A DNA stretch of 64,000 bases, taken from Octopus vulgaris. Its lineage: Eukaryota. The position numbers and the translations under genes were made by a program. The notes beneath the pieces are model-generated. The model ran no database searches and was not told the DNA's origin. It worked only from the letters and a program-made list of their open reading frames with translations. The DNA is taken from NCBI GenBank assembly GCA_951406725.2, contig OX597815.1:141236001-141300000 (forward strand). Reading direction: 5' to 3'. Positions within the stretch are counted from its first letter, which is position 1. Each line of letters opens with the position of its first letter. Of this stretch, positions 1 through 11,990 are shown piece by piece.

Positions 1-910
1 GACAGAATTATTGGTATTATAATTCCACTCACTGATAGCAAAATTATTTCAGTTAGAAAATATCATGAAAGAATAATCGTTGTAATAGATGCACAACGTA
101 GAATATGACCTTACCCTCAATTTCACGTTCACGTTGCTACTATTTGTATTTTAAAATTTACAGGTATTTAAATCAATTTCATGTAGGTCATAGCAATTTA
201 GAACAATCACAGTTTAACAACTCCGTGTTGTTGATTTCGTTTTTGTGTATAACTCACACGGTTTCTATTTAATAATTTTAAAACATTCGTATAATTACCT
301 TCATATTTATGGATCAGAAAATAATCACCTAAATGAGGTACATCTAACGCAGCAACTGAAATTTCATCTTTGAACATAGAGTTTGTGTAATACTTCTGGT
401 CATAGGTCACATTACTATTGACTCTCATTGATATTAACATAAACACTTAGTTACTCTTTTTATTGGTTTGCCCGGTGTCAGCTATGATGAGGAAGACCCG
501 TGATATAATGCGTTTCTGTTGTTGCAACGTTATATTATTCTTTCAAGCATAATGCCATATACATGTATATAATATTGAATATGCCCTTCATGACGCGTAT
601 CTAAGTTACGTGTTTCACACGTACATTATAACATGCGTCATATGTACATAATAACGTGATGTAAATCTAATGTATTTATATGAATTGGTACTTTATAAAT
701 TTATTCATACCAAGTCAGCACATCTGTGGTCCTAAGAATCTTTTCATTTAAAATGATTCTTAAATTCATATTTTATATGGCTATGATAAAAGAATTTCCT
801 ACCTTTACAGCCAGCTAAAAATTGATACATCTCTGAAAGGAATTGGTAGAATTATGGCAGTTTATTAAAACGTAATTCACTTTTACGAAGCAATATGCTA
901 CTAATAATTG

Positions 911-1053
911 GGCGGCCATCTGGAAGAATTGTTTGAATGTCGGTCAAATGCTTAACAGCATTTCGTCCGTTTTCGCTCTGAGTTCATTTGCCGCTGAGAT
1001 AGATTTTGGTTTTCATCCTTTCGCAGTCGATTTGCTTTTCATCCTTTCGTGGC
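911..1053 (+). mobile_element. Degenerate tRNA-derived SINE (family B), head and core only
   Basis: Aligns by eye to 9939-10070: ggcggccatctggaagaa..., B-box remnant ctgagttcatttgccg, and the core ttttcatcctttcg, which is locally duplicated. Confidence 0.7.
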
Positions 1054-2084
1054 ATATTTTTGCTTTTGTATAAAATTCCGTACGAAAGATCTAAGCTGTG
1101 TTGAGGCAGCGATATTATTTCTGGTCATATTCGATCGACAAACGAACAGATTTAAATTGCTATTCCTTTGGATTGAATGATTTTTTTTTCAGAAGAGAAT
1201 GCACTAAGTGGAACAGGGGCATACACGGGGGAGAAAATTGTCGATGAAGGGGTTACAAATGTGTGACGAAAGATTTCTGGACAATGGACACGAGTTAAAA
1301 TAAGAACAGCAATAAAGGAGAAAAGAACGAATGTAGTGTGTCTGTGTGTTTAAATGGCAAGAAAAAAGAGACCATCCCGAAATACAGCAACATCTGTTTC
1401 GCAACCATGTCAGCATGAATGTTCTGACGGCTAAGTTCTTCTTTCTGCATGTATTTGATAACACCAAGATGCAAAATGTTGTCCATTTTCAGGAGAAGTG
1501 GCTTGCTGTTACATTTACAGTCTGCTTTTATCCGTCTGTTGTCAGTTTACTTGGAAAGGAACATTGCAGCTATTAATCAGTATTGAAATTAATGTGTGCA
1601 CGACGACGAAGACTTACTCGTCGACGGTAAACTTTCTGAATAGGAATTTAGTAATTCATGTAAAACAATATATTCTCCCCTCCAGTCAATGACCAAGAAA
1701 GCCATTAAACTATGGTGAGCAACGAGACCAACAACAACAGCACCACGCACAAACGTTAGTGTATTGGCGAGTAATTTTCTAACATTAGCCAACGTGGAAA
1801 AATGCCCCATGAACACAACATATACCTGAGAGTACAAATGAGGCGAACGAAAATATGAGAGATTGAACGTGTGTCATGGTGACTTCAATAACACAAATTA
1901 GATTAACATTAGTGGGACAGTTAAATGCATATACATACAAAACAAGAAGTCTAGAATACCTCATACTAAATTAAAATGAAAATAACTGAAATTTGTGAAT
2001 CACTGTTTGTTATGCTGCATGGAGAAGGAAGTATGCAATTGAGTGACTGTTAAAGTTTGTACGTGTTAAGTGTTCTTCCATCAT

Positions 2085-2237
2085 AGGCGTAGGTGTAGTA
2101 AGACAATTACTTCCCATCCTGAGGATTCTGTGTTCAATCCCACTCTATTGCACTTTGGGCAATTGTTTTCAGGCTGCATTGTGAGTTGTGAGTGGATTTA
2201 GTAGACGGAAACTGGAAGAATCCTGTCGTTTATGTTC

Positions 2238-2326
<89 letters not shown>

Positions 2327-2555
2327 TGTGTGTGTATTTGTGTTTGTGTGTTGTGAAAGCTTGACAACCATCGTTGAATTGGTTGTATTTTTCTGTCTCC
2401 TAACTCTATGGTTCGACAAGAACCGATCGATAGAATGAGCACCAGACGTTAAAAATATAAATTACGATTGGGGTTGATTTTTTCGACCAAAACTTTGAAT
2501 TCGGTGCCCATCATGGCTACAGCTCAGTGATTAAAACAATAACAGAGAATAGGTA
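2085..2555 (+). mobile_element. Degenerate tRNA-derived SINE (family A) with expanded internal (TA)n(TG)n
   Basis: Co-linear with 9511-9900: gttcaatccc B box, gcactttgggcaa, gtgagtggatttagtagacggaaactg, gcttgacaacc, gatagaatgagcacc, 3' tail cagtgattaaaacaataa. Confidence 0.85.
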
Positions 2556-4048
2556 AAAAATATATATACTTCCTCACATTTCAAAATTGATGTCGACGTA
2601 AAACAAAAGAGAGACGAAATTAGAGTGGAGGGAACAATCGAGAATGCATGGAAAACAGAGGACTGAAGCCCTCTATCGTAAAAGTTAGGGCGTAATATTT
2701 ACTGGAATTCAACGTAATTATTTCATCTGCAGTTCTTCGCAATATCCCCGATTACTTTTCTACTTCCAACAAAACAAGCAAATTCAGGTGGTGATGGAGA
2801 GCAGAACACGCAAAAGAAAGCTAGTTTACTATTTGGATTGTTGTCATCTTCGTCACGGGATAGAAAACACAAGACATTTTTTTAAATTAGTGAACACAAC
2901 AGAAATCTCATTCTGTGAAAATACATAATATAAAAAAAAAACCTAGGAAGATGGCAACGGTGAATTACAACAGAACAGCATTCACAATACGTGTATAGAA
3001 TAATATGGATACATAAGCAATAGATTAGCTTCTTGCATATATTAACACGCTGGGCCTTAAATAAAGATGACGAAGGCAACATGAGATATTCAAAGAAATG
3101 ACACAGTATAGTGATAAAAACAAATTTAAAATTGAATGCAATGTGAAAATATTACAACCATAACAGCAAAACCAAAGACATGGAAAACTAAAGACTAAAA
3201 ATTTAAAGGAAGGATATTGTCGTGAATAGCATAACACTCAAGTGGTCAAACTGGGTCGGAAAAACAGTTACAATAATAACAATTACAGCTGTCTTTATGT
3301 TCATTAGCAGCAACAAACGGGCAACATCAGGAGAAAATATTACCAATACAATAGCAAGAAGAATCACAAAAAATATAGTGTCTACTACATGAATAGCAAT
3401 TAGTCTGCTCAATCTTAGCATTACCTGATAAGAAAACACTGAGTTAATATAGCTTGTACATAAATTCAGCCATTGAGAAGAGGTGAATTGAAAATATAGC
3501 AAATTCCACTCGAATACTAAACCATTGATTTCCGATTCAAATGATATCGGCATTTTGCTGATGTCAGTTGTTCCCACGCTTCGTATAAATTTCGGGAAAA
3601 TTCCCTAGTCAAAAACGTTTGAAGTACACTTCAGGCGTTCCCAGAGCAATCAATCTTAGACTCTTTAAAACATCGCTGAATAAAAGTGGTACAATTCGTG
3701 ACAAACTCGCGGTGAATATGACACTTGAACACTTGGTCAATGTGAAGGAAAGTAATGTGTTTGGGTATATTAGTATGAGTGTCATGAATAATGAGGAAAA
3801 CAATGCCGTTAGATGGAAGTAGGTGAAGGCGGTGCAGGGTGGATACAAAGAATCAGCAATAACAATTAAACTTCCTACAGTAAAATCATCATCAGCCGCC
3901 AGAAGTAGATCAGTAGCAGCAAAGCAACAGCAGCGTCAGAAGCAAAAATACTTAATGAAATACGAAAAAAAAAAACACAATAACAACATGAACCAGAACA
4001 GCATAAGCAACCCGAGCACAACATAAAACATAAAATTACTCGCTTTAG

Positions 4049-4232
4049 GTTATATTTTCAAGTCTTCTCTTTTCAAATTTGTGCTTCATGCGCCCACAAT
4101 TTATCCTTAGTTTACTGTTTGGATTGTTGTCATATCCTGTGACGAAGATGACAACAATCCAAACAGTAAACTAAGGATAAATTGTGGGCGCATGAAGCAC
4201 AAATTTGAAAAGAGAAGACTTGAAAATATAAC
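4049..4232. repeat. Perfect 85-bp inverted repeat with 14-nt spacer
   Basis: 4049-4133 is the exact reverse complement of 4148-4232; spacer is atcctgtgacgaag. Confidence 0.97.
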
Positions 4233-5099
4233 AGCGTTGGCAATGTGAACACAGAAATTAAAAAGTAAAAGGCTACACACATCAACATCCAGACATTATG
4301 AACCTACATCGCGTCAACCAATAATAAATCTACATACATGCAAATCCTACAAGCAACAGAGGACACGTATTGCGAAAAACAAAATACCTCGATGGGTTAA
4401 AAGCTTTACGATGGAGGTTAAACAAAATAATTTCCAAATATATACCTGGGAAAAATTACCTACAATACCCACTGGAAATATAGGTAATTATGTAGGAAAG
4501 GGGTAAGTGACCTTCTTTTATTTTCCTCCCGTGATCTAACATTGGGTTATTCAGAACGGGTACTGTATATACATACAATCCTAAGGTATTGGGAACTGAT
4601 GTTTTCATCTCATCTACCTTCGGCCACTAGATGGCGATATGGAGGTTATAAGAAAACCGTAAGTCTTCACGCCTATTCAGAAGCTCCCAGGAGAACGATT
4701 TTCCAAGCCAACCAAAATTGGAAGGAAGAGAAGTGTACCTTCTTCCTGAATCCAGAGATAATTCTAAACTACCTGACCAGAAGCGAACACCATATCTTCT
4801 AACATGTAGCTGCCTACGCACCATCAAAATGTATTCCTGTCAATGTGCCACAATCTTGGAAAATTTGAAGAGCGTTCACAGATTGTGCTGTACTAACTGA
4901 TGGTACTCGAACCTGAAAATTATTCACAAAAGTGATAAGACATTCCAAACAAGTCAGGGACTGTCATTGAAGTTCCCGAATCTTCCAATATAGTGATGAG
5001 ATAGTGCAATCCAGGTAGTATCTAGATAAAATACTCTAGATAATGATAACTTAGTTTCTCCATAATTAAAAGTTTTCGGCTCAGGCAGACCATAAGTTT

Positions 5100-6440
5100 A
5101 TCGTATGAAATAGTCGATCGAAGCTTCGTAGGCAGGGATTTCGTTACCGGAAGATGAATGTATCATTCTCACCGCACCAATACGTATTGTAACGAACAGC
5201 AAGATCTTTTCCTGCGTCTGGAAATTTCATCGGGGACATTTCGCTCTTTAAAGCTAATAGGCGACTGGGACGCCAAATTGGATGCAGGTCTGGATCGTGG
5301 GAATTTAGCTCAGCGAAAAGATGGTATAAAAGCATCGTAAACCTATTTAGTAGTTTCCGAGAGGCTGAATGGTGTGTATATGAATTCCATAATGCGCGAA
5401 TGTGGACACGAGCAAACAGCATCGGAATCGTATCTAGACAGAGTATGCCAGTGGGTGAGCCTAGGCTTTTGAAATTGATCAGTGACACAGCAACGATTTC
5501 ATGCTTTGTATGGTCGGCCTAGATAGGCTACAGAGCCTGGGACATCGTTATTAGAAATTCAAATTTCTTTAATTCTAGCGAGAACGGCTCAGGTGAATGT
5601 GCTTCGTCTACGCATGCCCTTACAAGGGAAAAGTACGGGAAAGAGACGAATATTTACAACAATTCTTATGGTTATCGGTACCTGAAGCGTTCCTTAATGG
5701 TCGCTTGGTAATGTATCAACATGATTGGGGAAATTTGCTATAATTTTCTTATTAATTCATGGTTTAAAATTGTTTACTCGAGTTTATATAAACCACCACT
5801 GTCCCGTATACTGTAATATACAAAGTGTTAATTGCAGATATTTTTGATCAATAAGATATCATTATTATTATTCCACAGTGGTCGGAAGAAGAAACAAGGC
5901 ATTGTGAAAGGCCTATAACAGCAACTGAGATATGGACAGTATTGAGTGGATGCAGAAGGGTAAATCACCCGGTTTGGATGGTTTGGTTGCATGAGTGTTA
6001 TGTTTAAATACCAAAGCTGTTTCTGACTCATAACCCCACTAAGTACAGAGTTATAAATTTTGGCTAAGGTGTTGGCAATGCTTTCGGCGATCTTCATGGA
6101 TGTTTTAGTCGGAGAAACTCAATAGACTCAACGAGAACAATGTCCACCAAATGCATTACACCATAGAGGGAATGAATATCAAATCTAGTAATAGTGTGTC
6201 TCTGATAATTTTGGATTATTTTAAAGCTTTCGATAGGCTCGACCATCGCTAATTGGCAGTAACCTTAATAGCAACCGATTTTGAACCCGCTTTCAGTGGC
6301 AGGATTGCAGCAATGCACACTGGCACATGCTCTGTGGTAAGAGTAGACGGCCATCTCTCAGTACAATTTAATATCTTGCGCTCGATCGGTCAATGCTATC
6401 TTCTCTCATCTCTCCAACTTCTGGTGCTAGAAGCAATATG
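5100..6440 (+). mobile_element. Decayed L1/Tx1-clade LINE ORF2 (APE endonuclease and RT fragments)
   Basis: Broken frames give LIGDWDAKLD..LDR (EN GDxN motif), KSPGLDG, ITPLSTELxILAKVLA, FKAFDRLDHR and IAAMHTGTCSVVRVDGHLSVQFNILRS; many stops and frameshifts. Confidence 0.85.
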
Positions 6441-6441
6441 A

Positions 6442-6910
6442 AGTGTTGTTTCTTTCCCATCACCACATATTCTACAGTTATTGAAGTTTTTATTTTTCAT
6501 TATGTGTTTTTGGTGGTTTTTGGAAATGTTTTGATCTTGTGTCGCAAATAAAATCCCTTCAAGCACCGCTTTGAAATCAAAACTTCTCTGCCGCTGTTGG
6601 GATTTAACTTCGTCTATTCCTTTCTGTTTAGCATATTCCAGTATTAGTCATGAAGGTGTTTTTCTCCTCACCGTTTTATTATTGTGTTTTGTAGTTGCAA
6701 TTTAAGGTTAGATTTCTATTGCTTTATACACCTTCATGTTTTTTTTTCTCTATACTGTGAATTCCTTGTATTTTTTGGCTTCTTTTGTGGCTATTTGTAA
6801 ACAGCTTTCCTTAGTTCTGACTTAGATATTTCTGTAGTCCTATGATGGGTATGGCATAACAGTTTTCTCGTTGTATACATAACGTTTCTATGTCAAATTT
6901 TGGGTGGTAT
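6442..6910 (-). mobile_element. R4/Dong-clade (RLE) LINE fragment
   Basis: Minus strand reads HPKFDIETLCIQR... and GIDEVKSQQRQRSFDFKAVLEGILFATQDQNISKNHQKHIMKNKNFNNCRICGDGKETT (post-RT AQDQ motif and start of the CCHC knuckle). Confidence 0.85.
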
Positions 6911-6952
6911 ACCGCTACCCACATAAATCCTACCAAGACTAATCCAAACCGA

Positions 6953-7035
<83 letters not shown>
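6953..7035. repeat. (AAT)n microsatellite
   Basis: Direct reading. Confidence 0.98.
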
Positions 7036-7036
<1 letters not shown>

Positions 7037-9510
7037 GATAAGAGAAATGCATTCAGTGCTTACTTTTTTTGCACAAATATATTATTGCACATTCTGACAT
7101 TTAGAATGAATGTCACAATGATGTTACCTATGCTGGTGAAAGTGAACCGAAGCAAGAAATAATAAAATCACAAGGCGTGTTTGGAATTAATGAAGTAATA
7201 GCAAATATAACGCTGTGTGTCGTGGAAATGTAGAAAAATAAATTCGCAGATTAAGGACAATATTTACTCTTGGACATATCCACAAGAAACTTTAAAATAG
7301 CAACGATGATTCTTTATAAGTAAATATACAATTGAATGGATATAGCCTGAAATCTTGTATTAATGTATTTGTATCTTCGCTTCACTTATTCCTTCATAGG
7401 TCAACCTTTAAAATTCACTTCTTTGACATTTGTTATATTAATTGCAGAAAGCGGTTTATCTTTTTGACACGTAATTTAACACGCGATATTTCACAATGTT
7501 GATATAAATTACGTTTACTTAGCAGTAGACTTATAGACGACGCATCTCAGAAATGGTAAGTGTCCATATAAAGATATTGAAAATAGAGACACAGTGAAGC
7601 GGTTGATCGAAATCTCTAAGCTAAGCAGTCTCTACGAACACAGAGGGACACACAACTACTGTGTTCATAATATTTGTTCATTGAAGGACCTAAAGTTGTC
7701 TTTTTGATCTATTCAGTCTTGTCTCATCATATATATTTTAAAAGGAGCACATTGCCGATTAATGATATTTAATTCTAACTTAATTTAAAATTTAGAATAA
7801 TGTCTTTATTCTTATATTTGGTTCGAAACAATTCCTGAAAAGTCTATGTTATCAAATCCCCTAATTAAAGTTTTACTGAGACATTCTGATGTTAGTCCTT
7901 TGCGATAAAATTCAGCAAGAGTGATGTATTACTTGGGTATAAAAAATATAGAGCGGGATGCATTATGTTTATCAGAAAGCTAAGTATACATTGCAGAAAC
8001 TGTCTGAAAGAAATAGGATCGATCGCATATTGCGCAGTTACAAAGTCCAATTTCTATAAACTGTAATGGGGTGGAACTTCTGAACGGTTTCGTGAAGATT
8101 CCTGTGATTATTAGTATTATGGTTTTTCTCACCTTACACTTATGAGAATAAGTTTACTCATGTTATATGAGTTTCTACCTTCATTTGATGTTTTACTTAC
8201 TGGACATCTCTATCCTACAATTTTGGTCGGTTAAATACAGGTAATATATTTTGATAAATTGAATCTACGCATCTTAATCATTTAGGAAGGAAAGAAAAAA
8301 ACATATCACAAATATATATAAAATCGGAAAATTGTCATTAAATCTCAGTGATAATATAACTGTAGATTCAATTTACATTTAATTTTGAGTTTTGCATTGG
8401 AGAAGAGTTTAAATGCTAGTTAAGTATGATTTATCTATAAATGGCTGACAATATATCATTTTTCCATGATTTGGTAAATTGCCTGTTGAAGTATCTTCAC
8501 TAGTTTTACGATTTCTGATATTTATATTAACCATCGCATTATTGCAATTGTCCGCCCTAATAGTAATCGACTTGTTATTTTCCATTCATTCATCATGTTG
8601 ACATATTATCGAAAATCTCCTAAATACCAATATAGTTACATTAAGTAGTATAAATTGTTCTGTATTGTTTATAGGAAAACCATATATTATATGAGAAACT
8701 TCTCTGGAAGGCAATATGATGCATCTTTCATGATAACATCTTACAATTCTTAGAAGTCGATTATCTTTGGGATTACAGATGAAAATTCTTTTGAAAAAAT
8801 ATATAAAAAATCTCTTTAATTGAAAGTTAGTAAGCAGAAAATAGAAAGTGTGAACCTATTATCGATTAGAATTGAAATCTCATGTCCGAGAGTGGTGGCG
8901 CAGTACTTCTTTACAATGTTCTACTGTTTTTTAATGGAAGAAAAAGTAGCTGGGATCATACACATTCGACATTGTTTCACCTCTCTAGTTATTACGTTTC
9001 AGGTCTAAAATGAAAACCTCTCTAAGTTGCAGTCGTATTTACATTTAATGTTGCATAATTATATAATGTTTATTCCAAAGCCGAATATTTAGTCATCCAT
9101 TTTCCGAGGTTATAAAATGATTGATCGTTCAATATTGGAAGCTGTTAATGCAGTAACAAGCAAGTTTTTCATTCCATATTGTTTACAAAGAGTACGAAAA
9201 ATCCAAATATCATTTCACATTTCTGAAATCATCAGAAAGGAAGCGAACATTCGGATACAACCTATGCGGATGACCACATTATTCGAGTTTGTAAAATATA
9301 TCTGCTAAGTATACTGGAAGTAGGTGAAGTAGCTAGCGTTATGTAATTAGCCGTGATTCTAAAACTAACGTCATAACAGAGCCAAATGAATTATTATTGA
9401 ATTTAAAGCATACAATATAGTGGACAGAAGGGCAAGACATATAACGATAGGATAGAAAAAACTGCTGATAATTATTGGTTCATATTCGTATTTTATACAT
9501 ACATACTTAC

Positions 9511-9900
9511 AGGAGTGGCTGTGTGGTAAGTAGCTTGTTAACCAACCACATGGTTCCGGGTTCAGTCCCACTGCGTGGCATCTTGGGCAAGTGTCTTCTG
9601 CTATAGCCCCGGGCGGACCAATGCCTTGTGAGTGGATTTGGTAGACGGAAACTGAAAGATACCTGTCGTATATATGTATGTATATGTATATGTAAGTGTG
9701 TTTGTGTGTCTGTGTTTGTCCCCCTAGCATTGCTTGACAACCGATGCTGGTGTGATTACGTCCCCGTCACTTAGCGGTTCGGCAAAAGAGACCGATAGAA
9801 TAAGTACTGGGCTTACAAAAAATAAGTCCCGGGGTCGATTTGCTCGACTAAAAGCGGTGCTCCAGCATGGCCGCAGTCAAATGACTGAAACAAGTAAAGA
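9511..9900 (+). mobile_element. Near full-length tRNA-derived SINE, family A (octopus-type, CORE-like central segment)
   Basis: A box TGGCTGTGTGG (9516), B box GGTTCAGTCCC (9559), CORE-like tggcatcttgggcaagtgtcttc, internal TA/TG tract, 3' tail gcggtgctccagcatggccgcagtcaaatgactgaaacaagtaaaga; several other copies in the window. Confidence 0.92.
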
Positions 9901-9938
9901 GCGATATACGTACATATGCATACATATGTCAGTACGAA

Positions 9939-10169
9939 GGCGTTGAGCTGGCAGAAACGTTAGCACACCGGGAGAAATGCGTAGCCGTATTTCCGTCTGC
10001 CGTTACGTTCTGAGTTCAAATTCCGCCGAGGTCAACTTTGCCTTTCATCCTTGAGGGGTCGATTAAGTAAGTACCAGTTACGCACTGGGGTCGATATAAT
10101 CGATTTAATCCGTTTGTCTGTCATTGTTTGTCCCCTCTGTGTTTGTCCCCTTGTAGGTAGTAAAGAAAT
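9939..10169 (+). mobile_element. Full-length tRNA-derived SINE, family B (Meta-like core, Tx1-like tail)
   Basis: A box tggcagaaacgttag, B box gagttcaaattcc (10012), core ctttgcctttcatccttgaggggtcgat..aagtaccag, tail tttgtcccctctgtgtt...taaagaaat. Confidence 0.9.
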
Positions 10170-11609
10170 ATATATGTGTGTGTTCGCGTGTGTGTGCGTG
10201 TGTGTATATGTGTGTGCGCGCGCGTGTGTATAGGGAGAGAAAACAGAGACGATACAATGAAAATTAAACTATATTTTAAACGTAAATACATCATTTGCAA
10301 AACATTTTAAGTTCTACGGAAATCATTTTCAACAGTGAAAACATTCTTCGTTTTTTTCAAGCCATAAAAACATTAAAAAAACTATTAAGTGTATTATTTC
10401 CTTTTAGTGCAAGTTCTTTTGATGTCGGCCTTGTTTCAGAATTTCTCACGAGTAGGAAATATATGTGTGAAATGAAATAATAATAGAAAAGAAAAAACAA
10501 AACCTTATCATTTGTTTTTATCTAACATCACTTATTTTATTCTCGGTTTCTTGTTTCGTTTTGTCCATATCGATGCTAACAGAAGAAAAAATAAGGTTTA
10601 TATTGTGACAAGGGAAAGATAGCTGAACTTTTCACATAATACAAAAAGTGACAGAAGAAATTTGGGTCAAAATTCTATATAACTGACAATGACAGATATA
10701 TGGTAAAATATGTGATGTGTCTATTCATAAGTGAATGCACTAACTATTAAGGGTAATAATAAATTTCTCTTGTGAAGGCATTAAGAATACACCAATGGTC
10801 GTAAGAAAAATGCAAAAATAGGATGAATCAAACAACTAAAATTAAAGTTAATGACTGATGAAATCTACATGGCATGTTTACATAATTTCCGATAAAAGGC
10901 GGTAATTCTGAGATAAAAAGAGATGGCATCATTTATCTTGATATGAAAGGAAAAATGTCCCCTATTTTCCATACCATAATAACATGGTAAACAATAGCTC
11001 ACGCGCGCACACACACACACACACATTTATCTGTATCAGCCTGGTAATTGCTCGACAAATTAATTGTCATTATAGGATAAAATAGAACGCATAAAAATAT
11101 TTGTGAAAAAACAATATTAACATCTGTATTTTCGTATATGATTAATGTTCAGCTATTATATCCACATGATACTACTTAATATATAAGGTTCACCAGTGGC
11201 TGTTATGTTTTTGATAGCTTGGTGTATCTGAATCTAAAAGTAACGAAATACAAAGAAACATGCTTGTTCTTTAACCCTGCATCGGCCAGGAATGAGGCGA
11301 CCAACAGTTAATGCTTTCCAGCTATGACCACATCTTGTTTTCCTGTATTCCCAGTTCTGCTGCTATAGAGGGATCTTTTGACAGAGAGCCACTATGTCGT
11401 ATTATGAGTGTCACTCACAAATCCATCTTTTTACTTATATCATAACAGCGACTAGTTAATGACGTTAGTACTCTGAATGTGTAAATGTTATCTAATGACA
11501 GTCTCAATTAATTACAATATTTCTACTTACATATATCTCTAATCTTGCAAATGCTGCGATCTCCGATAAAGAAATATATATCTTGGGACCATACTAAAAA
11601 AAAAGCAGT

Positions 11610-11990
11610 TTTCAATTGACAAGTTTATTTATGAACACCTTTCTGTCCGGATGTTTCCATAATAGGCTCAGCTGCTGTAAAATTTATTAGCATATGGAAG
11701 ATACTATTCTTCCATAAATATTGTTGGTCGTAATCAGCCTAGTTTAGTGTTTGGCGGATATATGTCCCTTATGCTGGTATTTGTGAAATGGGAAAAATTA
11801 CTATTTTCAGGATATTCTTATGGAATTGATATGATATTTGAGTTTTATGCGTGTGTTAGAACGTCGCTTAATGTAGAGACGTTGATGTTGCAGATGAAAA
11901 TTCCTTCAACATCACTATGGATCACACACATGGTAATTTGGTCCTTCATTGTAAGAGTTTTAATTTCTTCCTGCTTGCAGCTTGAATTCA
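11610..11990 (-). mobile_element. Possible highly decayed non-LTR retrotransposon RT fragment
   Basis: Minus frame KGHISAKH*TRLITTNNIYGRIVSSIC**ILQQL...HPDRKVF resembles the KGD..NWRPI...YK..TSI...QKGF RT N-terminal motifs. Confidence 0.35.

Noticed and set aside
207-446. 79-aa minus-strand ORF as an exon
   Set aside because: No recognisable domain, and neighbouring frames are interrupted before the nearby donor-like site at ~115.
2590-5100. ORF1 of the Tx1 element at 5100-6440
   Set aside because: Position and A-rich bias fit, but I cannot read convincing motifs, and the region is rearranged.
9511-9575. tRNA gene
   Set aside because: The A and B boxes belong to a SINE head; there is no cloverleaf, and it continues into the SINE body.
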